Below, one piece after another: positions 17,108 to 30,000 of a DNA stretch of 45,544 nt. The DNA comes from Thermomicrobiales bacterium. GTDB taxonomy: Bacteria; Chloroflexota; Chloroflexia; Thermomicrobiales; CFX8. The translations under genes and the position numbers were made by a program. The notes beneath the pieces are model-generated. The model was not told the origin of the DNA, searched no databases, and saw nothing but the letters and a program-made list of their open reading frames with translations. Positions within the stretch are counted from its first letter, which is position 1; every line of letters starts with the position of its first letter. The stretch covers positions 1 to 45,544 of the forward strand of contig JBGSWU010000011.1 in NCBI GenBank assembly GCA_041751795.1, written 5' to 3'.

Positions 17108-18913
17108 ATGGCGTTGGCCAGTCTGCACACCACGCGCACCGTCAAGGTGTTGTCTGTCATGCTCGCGTTGGGCATGCTCGGGCTAGGGATTGTGAACGTG
17201 CTTGCGGTCGCACCCGCGACACCAGAGTTTGATCGTACCTGGGCGCGGACTGACAAGCCGGTGGCCGATGGCAATGTTGACCGGACATGGATGTGGGGGC
17301 CGGAAGCCAATACCGGAGCGATTGAAGAATCGTATGACGAGTCGCCGGAGGGCGTTAGAACAGTCCAGTACTACGATAAGAGTCGGATGGAGATCACCCA
17401 TCCAGATGCCGTCGATGATGGCGTCTGGTATGTCACGAACGGTTTGCTCGTCAACGAGTTGATTTCAGGCCGGGTGCAGGTCGGTGACACGCTTTTCCAG
17501 GTGCGCCAGCCAGCTGAAGACATCAATGTTGCTGGTGATCCGGACGACGTAAACGGACCGACCTACGAGACCTTCAGTCATCTGCTCGATCTTCCACCGC
17601 TGGCCGACGGCGCTCCCGTGATTCAGCGTCTGGCCCGCGATGGCACGATCACTGACGATCCATCGCTCGCTGACGCCGGCGTGACCGCTGCCTATCGTGT
17701 CCAGGTGATCGGGATCGATCATCAGATTGCCTCGCCATTCTGGGAGTTCATGATCTCTCAGGGGATCGTCTACGAAGACGGCGAGTTCGTTGAGGACGCG
17801 TTGTTCCAGAATGCGTTCTACGCGACCGGGTATCCCGTTGCCGAAGCGTACTGGGCGAGTGTCAAGGTGAAGAACACTGTCCAGGATGTCCTGATGCAGT
17901 GCTTCGAGCGACGCTGCCTGACCTACACGCCGGGCAACGAGGATGGCTGGCAGGTCGAGGCCGGTAACGTTGGCCAGCACTACTATCGCTGGCGCTATCC
18001 AGACGTCCCAACGCCGACACCAACCAGTACGCCGACCGAAACGCCAGCTGGAACAGCAACCAGCACAGCCACGAACACAGCTACGAGCACGCCGACTGCA
18101 ACACCAGTACCGCTGGCAGACGAGCGCTTGCTTATTGCTAACCTGAGAGGTGCGACAACCGCTGCTGCGGGGACCGGCGTGGCCTACTTCTATGTCCATG
18201 AGGACGGAAGCGCCATCGACTATCAGATCGTCGTCGCTGACCTCAGCAACATCACCGCTGCGCATATTCACGATGGTAGTGAAGATGAGAATGGCCCGAT
18301 CCTCGTAACATTGTTCGAGGCCGCTGACGGAACTTCAGTCACGCCGAATGGTGTGCTCGTCGAGGGAACGATCGAGTCGGATGATCTTCCAGATGATTTG
18401 ACGATCGCAGAACTGACGAACCTCATGGTGGATAGTGAGGTCTACGTCAACGTCCACACGACAGGTCAGCCAACCGGAGCGATTCGTGGGCAGACCCGGG
18501 TACTCGAGGTGGCCAGGCTGCGCGCAGCGCTCAGCGGCGAAAACGAAAACCCACCTGTCAACACGACCGCGACAGGCGCCGCACTCCTCACCTACGATGC
18601 CGATCTTGGAACCTTGTCGTTCCAGGTCGCCATCAATGGCATAGAGGGGTTGTCAGCGATTCATATTCACGCTGGTTCCGCCAACGAGAATGGGCCGGTT
18701 CTCGCGACGTTGTTCGTCGCGCGTCCGCCGCTCCCGTACTTCTCCGATGTCATCAATGGGACGGTGACCGCCGACGACCTTGAGGACATGACGATGGAGG
18801 AGCTGGTCTACCGGATGCTGACGGGCGACACCTACGTCAATGTCCACACTGGATTCAACCCTGACGGCGAGATCCGCGGCCAGATTGGGATCAGTGTAGG
18901 CGGCGTGGAGTAG
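17108..18913 (+). CDS. Secreted protein: unrecognised N-terminal module (paralog 1), Pro/Thr linker, two CHRD domains
   Basis: ATG 17108 is preceded by AAGGGGG. Signal/anchor VKVLSVMLALGMLGLGIVNVLAVAP. The N-module (FDRTWARTDKPVADGNVDRTWMWGPE...QCFERRCLTYTPGNEDGWQVEAGNVGQHYYRWRYP) is shared with the ORFs at 31523 and 34343. PT linker PTPTPTSTPTETPAGTATSTATNTATSTPTATP. Two CHRD-like units contain AAHIHDGSEDENGPILVTLF and AIHIHAGSANENGPVLATLF. Confidence 0.85.
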   Translation: MALASLHTTRTVKVLSVMLALGMLGLGIVNVLAVAPATPEFDRTWARTDKPVADGNVDRTWMWGPEANTGAIEESYDESPEGVRTVQYYDKSRMEITHPDAVDDGVWYVTNGLLVNELISGRVQVGDTLFQVRQPAEDINVAGDPDDVNGPTYETFSHLLDLPPLADGAPVIQRLARDGTITDDPSLADAGVTAAYRVQVIGIDHQIASPFWEFMISQGIVYEDGEFVEDALFQNAFYATGYPVAEAYWASVKVKNTVQDVLMQCFERRCLTYTPGNEDGWQVEAGNVGQHYYRWRYPDVPTPTPTSTPTETPAGTATSTATNTATSTPTATPVPLADERLLIANLRGATTAAAGTGVAYFYVHEDGSAIDYQIVVADLSNITAAHIHDGSEDENGPILVTLFEAADGTSVTPNGVLVEGTIESDDLPDDLTIAELTNLMVDSEVYVNVHTTGQPTGAIRGQTRVLEVARLRAALSGENENPPVNTTATGAALLTYDADLGTLSFQVAINGIEGLSAIHIHAGSANENGPVLATLFVARPPLPYFSDVINGTVTADDLEDMTMEELVYRMLTGDTYVNVHTGFNPDGEIRGQIGISVGGVE

Positions 18914-18926
18914 GAACGCTGTTGAT

Positions 18927-18965
18927 GGAAGGCAGATCGCTAAGGTATCCGGCGGTCTGCCTTCC
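18927..18965. terminator. 10-bp hairpin between convergent genes (possible bidirectional terminator)
   Basis: GGAAGGCAGA (18927-18936) pairs with TCTGCCTTCC (18956-18965), 19-nt loop. It sits between the TAG at 18911-18913 (+) and the TAG at 18978-18980 (-). Confidence 0.5.
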
Positions 18966-18977
18966 GTCACGAATCGA

Positions 18978-19772
18978 CTAGGTAACGCTGCGGATCAAGC
19001 CGCCATCGACCTGAAGCGTCGCGCCAGTGATGTACGACGCGGCGTCCGAGAAGAGGAACACCGCCCCACTGGCGTATTCGGCGGGATCACCGATGCGTCC
19101 GAGCGGAATCGTCCGTTCGGATTGGCGACGGAGGTCGTCAACTGATTGCCCGGTCTTTTCCGCACGAGCCTGATCCATCGAGCGGATTCGGTCGGTCAGA
19201 ATTCGGCCAGGAACGATCTGGTTGACACGGATGTTGTCTCCTGCCCACTCGTTTGCGAGCGACTTGGCCAGTGCTGAGACGCTGGCGCGGAGAACGGTTG
19301 AAAGCGTCAGGTTTGCGATCGGCTCTTTGACTGACGATGACGTCGACATGACGATCGCCCCACCGCCACGTGCCTGCATCGACGGGTAGACGCCGCGCGT
19401 CATTCTGATGACGCTCATCAAGAGCAGGTCGAAGCCTGCCTGCCAGTCGGCATCGCCGAAGTCGTTGAATACCCCTCCTGGTGGGCCACCAGTGTTGGTG
19501 AACAGGAGATCGACACCACCGTATGTCTCCATCGTCGCAGCCATCCAGGCGTCGATCGCGTCGCCCTTGCTCAGGTCGGCCGCCATCGCCAGGACGCTGG
19601 CGCCGTTCGACTCGGCCTCGATCTGCTGCTTCGCCGATTGAATTGCCCTTTCATCTCGGGAGGAGATCGAGACGGCGACGCCTTCTTTGGCAAGCAAGCG
19701 GGCGACATTGAAGCCGATCCCCTTACTCGCCCCACCAACCATTGCAACCTTGCCGTTGAGTCCGAGGTCCAT
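18978..19772 (-). CDS. Short-chain dehydrogenase/reductase (SDR)
   Basis: MDLGLNGKVAMVGGASKGIGFNVARLLAKEG is the TGxxxGxG-type cofactor motif. The NTGG block and a downstream catalytic region are present. GGGAGGGA precedes ATG 19772. Confidence 0.9.
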   Translation of the reverse strand: MDLGLNGKVAMVGGASKGIGFNVARLLAKEGVAVSISSRDERAIQSAKQQIEAESNGASVLAMAADLSKGDAIDAWMAATMETYGGVDLLFTNTGGPPGGVFNDFGDADWQAGFDLLLMSVIRMTRGVYPSMQARGGGAIVMSTSSSVKEPIANLTLSTVLRASVSALAKSLANEWAGDNIRVNQIVPGRILTDRIRSMDQARAEKTGQSVDDLRRQSERTIPLGRIGDPAEYASGAVFLFSDAASYITGATLQVDGGLIRSVT

Positions 19773-19880
19773 CAGTTTCGTCCCTCCCGATAGTGGAAAG
19801 CCCATATCGCCGTTGAAGATCGTTCATGACGACCCACGCAGTCGGAATGCGCGTGCGTCCCAGCGCGATCATCGCATGGA

Positions 19881-21374
19881 TCAACCGCGGTCGAGGCGCG
19901 AGAGCATTGGGAAGAGCGGTTGCAGCCGTTGGTACAGATCGCGATAGATCGTATATGCCGCATCGTAGTCGGTGACGGCGTCGGGCTGCGGGGTATAGCG
20001 TGGGCCGAAGGTGATGAATCGTTCGATCTGGCCCCAGTCCTCGAAGACCCCGACCCCGATGCCGGCGACGAACGCCGCGCCGAGTGCCGAGGCAGCCTCA
20101 CCGTCGATGACCTGGATCGGCTGTCCGGTCACATCGGCAGCGATCTGCATCCAGAGGCTGCTCCGGCTGCCGCCGTCCGCAGCGAGGACCCGTGTCACAG
20201 TCCTGCCCGACGCCAGCAGTAGTTCCAAATGGTGCCGGAAGCCGTAGCAGACGGATTCGAGGACGGCTCGGAAGAGATGTGCCCGTGTGTGATGCAGCAT
20301 GAGGCCGGCAAAGACGCCGCGTGCCAGCGGGTCGAAGATCGGCGTTTTCTCACCAAGCAGGTACGGCAGGGCGACGATTCCACCAGAACCGGGTGGGATC
20401 AGTGCCGCCTCACGATCCAGGTCATCGAGCGTCGCACTCCCGCCAAACTCCGAGGCGAACCATTTGACAAACGAGCCACTGGCCGCCATGCAGCCGTTGA
20501 TCAGCGTGAGGCCGGGGATGTCGTGATAATCGAAATAAAAGTGCCGGTCAGGGTCGGGCCGGTCGGCGACATAGAGAATGTCGCCAGCCCCGCCAAACTT
20601 CAGTAACAGATCGCCCGGCTGCGTCAGCCCTGACGCCAGCGCGGCAGCGACATGATCGGCACTTCCGGCAACCACTGGCGTCCCAGCCCGGAGGCCGGTT
20701 GCTGCTGCCGCGTCGTCCGTCACGACGCCGATGATCTCACTCGGTTGACGGACTGGTGGCAGGATTGTCGCCGGGATACCAGCCTGCTCAAGATACGGCA
20801 GATGCCAGGTTCCACGGCCAATGTCGTAAAGCCCGCTTTCGGCAGCCCAGTTGAGTTCCAGCGAACGTGTGCCGGTCAACCGGTGTGCGATGAAGTCATA
20901 GGAGCCGAACAGCGTCGTGCAGCGCTCGATGCCGTCCGGCTCATGCGTCGCCAGCCATCGCCAGCGTGGGGCGACGTTTTGCTGGTTCGGTGTCCCACCG
21001 GTGACGGCGAAGAACTCGTCCAGATCGACAGCATCGCGTAGTTGCTCGACTTCTTCGACCGAGCGCGCGTCGTTCTGCTGAATGCTCGGCCTGAGGATGG
21101 TGCCACGTTCGTCCAGCAGCACCATCGCCGGAACCATGCCGGTGACGGCGATCGCCGCGATGCCGTTGGCAGGAATCGTCGCCGTCAACTCCCGGCAGGC
21201 AGCGATGGTCGTTTCCCACCACTCGGCGGGGGCCATCTCAGCCCAGCCGGGATATGGTGATCGCAGCGTGTGCGGCTGCCCTGCCTGCGCGATGACACCG
21301 CGCTCCGGATCGAGCACGACTGCTTTCAGCGCGGTCGTTCCGATATCGATCCCCAGCAGGCAACGATTTGTCAT
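19881..21374 (-). CDS. FGGY-family carbohydrate kinase (xylulokinase/glycerol-kinase-like)
   Basis: MTNRCLLGIDIGTTALKAVVLD...PYPGWAEMAPAEWW is the FGGY N-domain. The C-terminal domain has GGGSRSSLWMQIAADVTG. ATG 21374 overlaps the stop of the upstream ORF (ATGA). Confidence 0.9.
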   Translation of the reverse strand: MTNRCLLGIDIGTTALKAVVLDPERGVIAQAGQPHTLRSPYPGWAEMAPAEWWETTIAACRELTATIPANGIAAIAVTGMVPAMVLLDERGTILRPSIQQNDARSVEEVEQLRDAVDLDEFFAVTGGTPNQQNVAPRWRWLATHEPDGIERCTTLFGSYDFIAHRLTGTRSLELNWAAESGLYDIGRGTWHLPYLEQAGIPATILPPVRQPSEIIGVVTDDAAAATGLRAGTPVVAGSADHVAAALASGLTQPGDLLLKFGGAGDILYVADRPDPDRHFYFDYHDIPGLTLINGCMAASGSFVKWFASEFGGSATLDDLDREAALIPPGSGGIVALPYLLGEKTPIFDPLARGVFAGLMLHHTRAHLFRAVLESVCYGFRHHLELLLASGRTVTRVLAADGGSRSSLWMQIAADVTGQPIQVIDGEAASALGAAFVAGIGVGVFEDWGQIERFITFGPRYTPQPDAVTDYDAAYTIYRDLYQRLQPLFPMLSRLDRG

Positions 21375-21784
21375 CGGCGACCTTGCGATTGATCGTCCGG
21401 TTCGGAGGGTGACAGATCGGGCAGTGATTCCAGACTCTCGAGGATTCTGCTGGCATTTCGGCGCGCATTCACCCAGTTGTTGGGCCAGTCCCGGTCTTGA
21501 ACGATATGAGGCTGCATCTCGTAGTCAGCAACGTTTCTCAAGTGACCAAGCGTTCCGAGTTGGCTGGCCAGCGACCGGTTTTGAGAGCTAAGGGCTGTGC
21601 GGACGCGCTCATGGACCTGCCTCTGATCAGTAACACCAGTCTTCTCTCTCGCCAGGAGAAAGACTGCATAATAAAGTCTGCCAACCGCGGTTCTCAGCGC
21701 CGCCTCGTTGGCATCGTGTGTCGCAGGGGTTTCAGCGAGACGGATGAACTCCACCGGATCAAATTCAGGCTGCTCCATCACCAT
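21371..21784 (-). CDS. HEPN-like four-helix protein (classical R..ADY variant, no RxxxxH)
   Basis: AALRTAVGRLYYAVFLLAREKTGV...QVHERVRTAL...LGHLRNVADYEM follows the HEPN pattern (RxYYAxF helix, conserved His helix, R...DY helix). Visibly more AT-rich than its neighbours. It overlaps both flanking genes. Confidence 0.55.
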   Translation of the reverse strand: MVMEQPEFDPVEFIRLAETPATHDANEAALRTAVGRLYYAVFLLAREKTGVTDQRQVHERVRTALSSQNRSLASQLGTLGHLRNVADYEMQPHIVQDRDWPNNWVNARRNASRILESLESLPDLSPSEPDDQSQGRR

Positions 21785-22140
21785 CGAACCGACACCTGGA
21801 TGGTCACATCCTGATGCTTACTCCCCTTGGGAGGCGATTCGTTCAGGTGATGAATTGCCTCCGCCAGGGCATCCCAGTATGAAAATGCTGAATCATCCGT
21901 CGAGATGATCTCAGGGATGACGACCAGTTCACGTGTCGATTCTTCGTACGATTCCCAGCCTTCTATCGAAATCTTCTTTAAACGGACATTGTCATGCTGT
22001 GCTGTATCCACTGAGATCTCAATTGCGCGTCGGACGCGGTCAGCGAGCCAATCGGTCATCAACGCAGTGGCCGACGGATCGTAGGTAACGGTTACTCCGG
22101 ATGGTGGTGCAATCGATTGGCTCACCGGATGTTCCTTCAT
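21778..22140 (-). CDS. Hypothetical 120-aa protein, partner of the HEPN-like gene
   Basis: ORF with GGAG about 9 nt upstream of ATG 22140. Its stop overlaps the HEPN-like start by 7 nt. No GSxxxG...DxD nucleotidyltransferase motif and no family recognised. Confidence 0.5.
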   Translation of the reverse strand: MKEHPVSQSIAPPSGVTVTYDPSATALMTDWLADRVRRAIEISVDTAQHDNVRLKKISIEGWESYEESTRELVVIPEIISTDDSAFSYWDALAEAIHHLNESPPKGSKHQDVTIQVSVRW

Positions 22141-22187
22141 TCAGGAGGCTCCATTGCTGCTGTCTTTATTGTAGCGCCCGTTCGTTG

Positions 22188-23015
22188 CTAATCTCCGCGA
22201 GCTTCGCGGGCGTTGTCCATGAACCTGCGAACCCGGTCAGGATCGACCGGGTTCCAGGTGTAGCCGTCCTGTTTAAGGCCGGTGCCGACGATGACGCCGT
22301 CGGCGACGGCAAGCGTCCGTGCGACCGTCTCGATCCGGACGCCGGTGTTGGCGAGAACGGGCGTTGACGGGACTGCTGCTTTCGCTTCTTCAACATGCGT
22401 CAGGTCCGCTTCGGCACCGGCCATCGGGCCGGAAATCAACAGCGCGTCCGCCAGTGACGACGTCACGACACTTCGTGCCAACGCACCGATCGGACGTGGC
22501 GCGACTGGTCGTGCGAATTCCGGAGCAATGTTGAAGAACAGCCGGATGTTTCCGGCCCCGATCCGCTCGCGATAATCCAGCGCGGCAGCAGCGTCCGGTT
22601 GCCAGAGCCCCATATCGCTGTCGTAGACGCCGGTGAAGACTTCGCGGACGAACGATGCCCGCACCGCCTGGGCGACCGCAATCGCTGCCATGCCATCCCA
22701 GAGGAGATCAACGCCGTACGGTAGTCCAATCTCCGATCTGAGTTCCCCAATGGCGGCGGCCATCGCTGCGATCGGTGCCCGGTCGGTCAGCAGGGGGTAC
22801 GGACGGTCGCCCTCGTTACAGAAGAGCAGGGCATCGACGCCCCCCTCCTGGAGGACAGCGAGGTCACGTTTCAGGCTCTCGACGACCGCCGCCATGCCTC
22901 CGGCTCGGTCGTACAGCGGTCTGCCCGGCAACGGTGGCAGGTGCATCATCGCTATTACCGGTTTTGACCGACCGAACAGGGAATCAAGGACTGCTGGTTG
23001 ACCGTTTGCGGACAT
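22188..23015 (-). CDS. BtpA/SgcQ-family TIM-barrel protein
   Basis: KPVIAMMHLPPLPGRPLYDRAGGMAAVVESLKRDLAVLQEGGVDALLFCNEGDRPY matches the BtpA-family N-terminal block. AGGAAAGGAAAC precedes ATG 23015. Confidence 0.85.
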   Translation of the reverse strand: MSANGQPAVLDSLFGRSKPVIAMMHLPPLPGRPLYDRAGGMAAVVESLKRDLAVLQEGGVDALLFCNEGDRPYPLLTDRAPIAAMAAAIGELRSEIGLPYGVDLLWDGMAAIAVAQAVRASFVREVFTGVYDSDMGLWQPDAAAALDYRERIGAGNIRLFFNIAPEFARPVAPRPIGALARSVVTSSLADALLISGPMAGAEADLTHVEEAKAAVPSTPVLANTGVRIETVARTLAVADGVIVGTGLKQDGYTWNPVDPDRVRRFMDNAREARGD

Positions 23016-23196
23016 GATGCGTGCGTTTCCTTTCCTACCGGCATGGGCAATCGACGATATACCAGTGTACCGCCGGTCAGCCGTCGATCGTTGGACGAAG
23101 CGCGGATTATGCTGAGCGGGATTCTTGCAATGGAACAACGCGTATACTAGCGACGGTCATGCCGCTGATCGACTCGCTCTTGACCAAGGCTGGCAC

Positions 23197-26622
<3,426 letters not shown>

Positions 26623-26633
26623 CTTTCGCACCG

Positions 26634-26647
26634 CTACGTATACGTAG
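26634..26647. promoter_or_regulatory. Perfect 14-bp AT-rich palindrome CTACGTATACGTAG between the regulator and the downstream secreted-protein genes
   Basis: Read directly. It lies 12 nt after the regulator stop and about 100 nt upstream of ATG 26748. Possible operator; no experimental basis. Confidence 0.35.
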
Positions 26648-26747
26648 GCTCCCACGGTAACGCCTCGGTAACAGCCCCTTCGTATCCTGCCACCATCGTC
26701 ATTGGGAGTTCGTGGAGTGCGCGACGCGCATTGCCTGAGGAGTATGG

Positions 26748-26993
26748 ATGGCTCGCCAGCACGCCTCATTCCTCCTGCGTTGTTGGTTTCTCGGCAGCGA
26801 CAGCGAGCGGATCGAGATCGTCCACGTCCAGTCTGGAACGAAAGTCCTCACCCGGTCGGTCGGGTCGGCGATCGAGTGGATCTGTGCGCATGGGGACGCG
26901 ATGACTGTGGATGATCCCGACGGCGATCCGTTGTGCGCGGTCAACAGCGACGAGAGCGAACTGGAGGTGCCATCCAGCCTGAAGCGCGAATGA
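26748..26993 (+). CDS. Small hypothetical protein (81 aa) with N-terminal SFLLRCW...RIEIVHVQSG motif and acidic C-terminal tail
   Basis: GAGGAG lies 5 nt upstream of ATG 26748. No family name recognised. Coding status rests on the strong SD and a protein-like composition. Confidence 0.5.
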   Translation: MARQHASFLLRCWFLGSDSERIEIVHVQSGTKVLTRSVGSAIEWICAHGDAMTVDDPDGDPLCAVNSDESELEVPSSLKRE

Positions 26994-27040
26994 CGGTTGG
27001 TAGCGGTTCAAACAGTGCACAGTTCCAGAAAGGGTCTCAG

Positions 27041-30000
27041 ATGTTTCATCTTACCAACGGCATAACAACCATGAATCGTATGCCCAGTGCCATGCCACGA
27101 TTGATCACGTTCGTCTTCATCGTGGCGATGTTGTTCGCAGCTGCCGGAATGCGCTTCTGGCCCGTGGCAACGGCTTCGGCTGCCGAGGTCGCGCCGCCGT
27201 TCGGTTGGAGCATGCTCCCTCGACATACGGGAACCAGCCTGATTGACCCGAACAACCTCGCCGCTGCTCGCGAGTACGTCAACCCCACCGACGGCTACCG
27301 CGTCCGCTTCGACGGTTGCGACGCGGTCATGGACAACTTCACCAGGACGACGCATACCTACACAATCACCGGCGGGGCGCTCACCGCGCCGAAGGTCGTT
27401 TCCGCGTCCGCTGAAGCATTCATGAATCCACCGAAGCTCGGTGGGGGTTTCGAGCCTTTCGACTGCGCCAGCCTGCGGGTCATTACACCGCTGCAGCAGG
27501 GAACGTACTCAGTCAGTCTTAACGTGACAATGGCTGACGGCTACACAGCCGACTCCGCCCCACAGACGATCGTCGTCAAAGACATCCTGATCATCTCGGT
27601 CGGCGACTCCTACGGCTCCGGTGAGGGCGCGCCCGACAGCTTTGTCAAGTTCGGCCTGCTCGGATACGCAGAAACGCCGGCAGTCTGGCAGGACCAGCGC
27701 TGCCACCGCTCGGCGTGGGCTGGCGCGTCGAAGGCGGCGGCGATCCTCGAACAAAGTGACCCACACACCTCGGTCACCTTCGTCTCGCTGGCCTGCTCGG
27801 GCGCGACGATCAACACGCCGATCGACGACAACCCCGACGACGGCGTCGTCAACATGGCGAAGTACCAGGGTGGCGGACTGCTGACCGGCTACAGTGGGAT
27901 CGAGCACGACGGCAGCTACAACCCAACCAGCTTCCTGCCGCCACAGATGGAGCAGGCGGCCCGGATCGCCAATGGCCGCGCGATCGACGCGCTGACAATC
28001 TCTGGTGGCGGCAACGACATGCACTTCGCGAACGTCATCATCGACTGTGTCCTCAGCGATTGCAGCACCAATACGACGACGGCCAACAGAATCGCCAACG
28101 ACTTTATTCAGTTGGAGATCCGCTATCAGGAACTCGCCGCGTTCATCAACAACGAGCGGGATACATCGGACGTGCCGGCGTTGAACATCACCCCCGACCG
28201 TGTCTTCATCACCGAATACCCGGACCCGACCCGCGACATGGACGGAAGCTGGTGCCAGGTCAATCAACTCGACGATCCGTTGCTTGCCTTCCCCGTCACA
28301 GGCATCACCAGGACAGAGATGGCCTGGGCGTCTGGCAACCTCGTCAAGCCGATGAACCAGGCGATTCAGAACTACGCGACCCAGCATGGCTGGAACTATG
28401 TCACCGGAATTGCCGCCGAGTTCTTTGGCGATCCAGCCAATGGAGTACCCGGCCGCGGCTGGTGCGCACTGGGCGAGGATGCCAACGGCGAGCCGAATAA
28501 CTGGGTCAATCGCTCCGTCCAGGCGCTGGGGATGCAGGGGCCGGTCACCGCCCCACTCGGCCTCTTCGCCTTCTACGGGACGCTTGGCATTGGCCTCTCG
28601 ATCGTGAGCGGTGGTATCTCGCTCGTGCTGACGTTGGTGTCAGCCGCCGTGTTGATCGTCGAACTCAAGGGCACTGCCGGTACCATGCACCCCAACCGGA
28701 TGGGCCAGATGGTCTACGCACGCCATATCGCCTCCGCCGTCCAGAACCGGTTCAACGGCGTCGTGCCACAGCCTGGTGACACGACCCCGCCGGCGATCGC
28801 TCCGGCCCAGAACATCACTGTTGAGACGCTGGACGCCGCCGGAGCGATCGTCAACTACCCGATCCCGGCCACGACCGACAACGTTGATGGACCCGGTCTG
28901 GCGAGTTGCGCTCCGGTGTCAGGCGGCCTCTTCCCAATCGGAACAACGCCTGTCACCTGCTCGGCCCAGGACTCCTCTGGCAACCAGGCGCCGCCGGTCA
29001 ACTTCTCGGTCACGGTTGAGCCGACCACAGGGGCGCTGCCTGATCCAGCGGTTGTCCGAACCTCGCTTCGCTCCGGCTGCACGTATGCCAATAGTGACGA
29101 CCAGTCGATCGAGAATGGCGCCGGTCCGGTCTCTTTTGACGGCACGAATGTCACCGGTTACGCAGGCGTCGACGCCCTGAAAGCCCGCGCCAGCGCCACC
29201 AACGACGACTGCGGCATGCGCGTTACCTCGGCAATGAATCTGACGGTCGGCGCTGGTGAGACCAATCTGGTCGACGGCGATCCCGTCCTGCTGGTCGTCA
29301 CGCTCGGCCTTGACGGTACGCTGACAACGTCGGCTGACGACAATCAGGTCGCCATCGCGGAGATGGCTGCCAACTACTCAATCGCTGAAACAAACTGCCT
29401 GAGCCCAGGGCCGAGCCCAGCGTTATTTGGTGATGACGGCGGCTACTGCCCTTCGATCGTCGACTTCAGCGCGAGCATCGACATGGATCAGTACGGCGGC
29501 GCGACCGATCAGTGGTACGCTCGCGCGATGTGGTCGGTCACGAGCAACGTCGGTGACGAGCAGTCCGATTTCGCCGATATCTACTGCGACGACGGCTGCG
29601 CCGATCCGGTCCGCTTGCCATTCAACACTGGCGTTCGTACCGTTATTTTCGAGTCCTTCGTTGGCGCGCGACTGAGCGTCAGCGGCATGCTGGACACCTT
29701 CGCGACCGGCTACCTCGGCGCAACCGCCGTCTCCGACTTTGCCAACACTTTCTCGCTGGGCGTCGTCCAGCCAGCAGCGGGCTTCGAGGGGTTGAGCATC
29801 GACTATACCCAGGAGGTCATCAACCAGTCGCCGACCGTCGAGATTGCCGGACCATATAGCGTCGAGGAGGGCGACTCGGTCACGCTGACCGCGTCAGGTA
29901 ACGACCCCGAGGGTAGCGCACTGACCTACGTCTGGGACCTCGACGGTGATGGCGAGTACGAGACGAGTGGCCAGGACGCCACGTTCTCCGCAGCCGCGAT

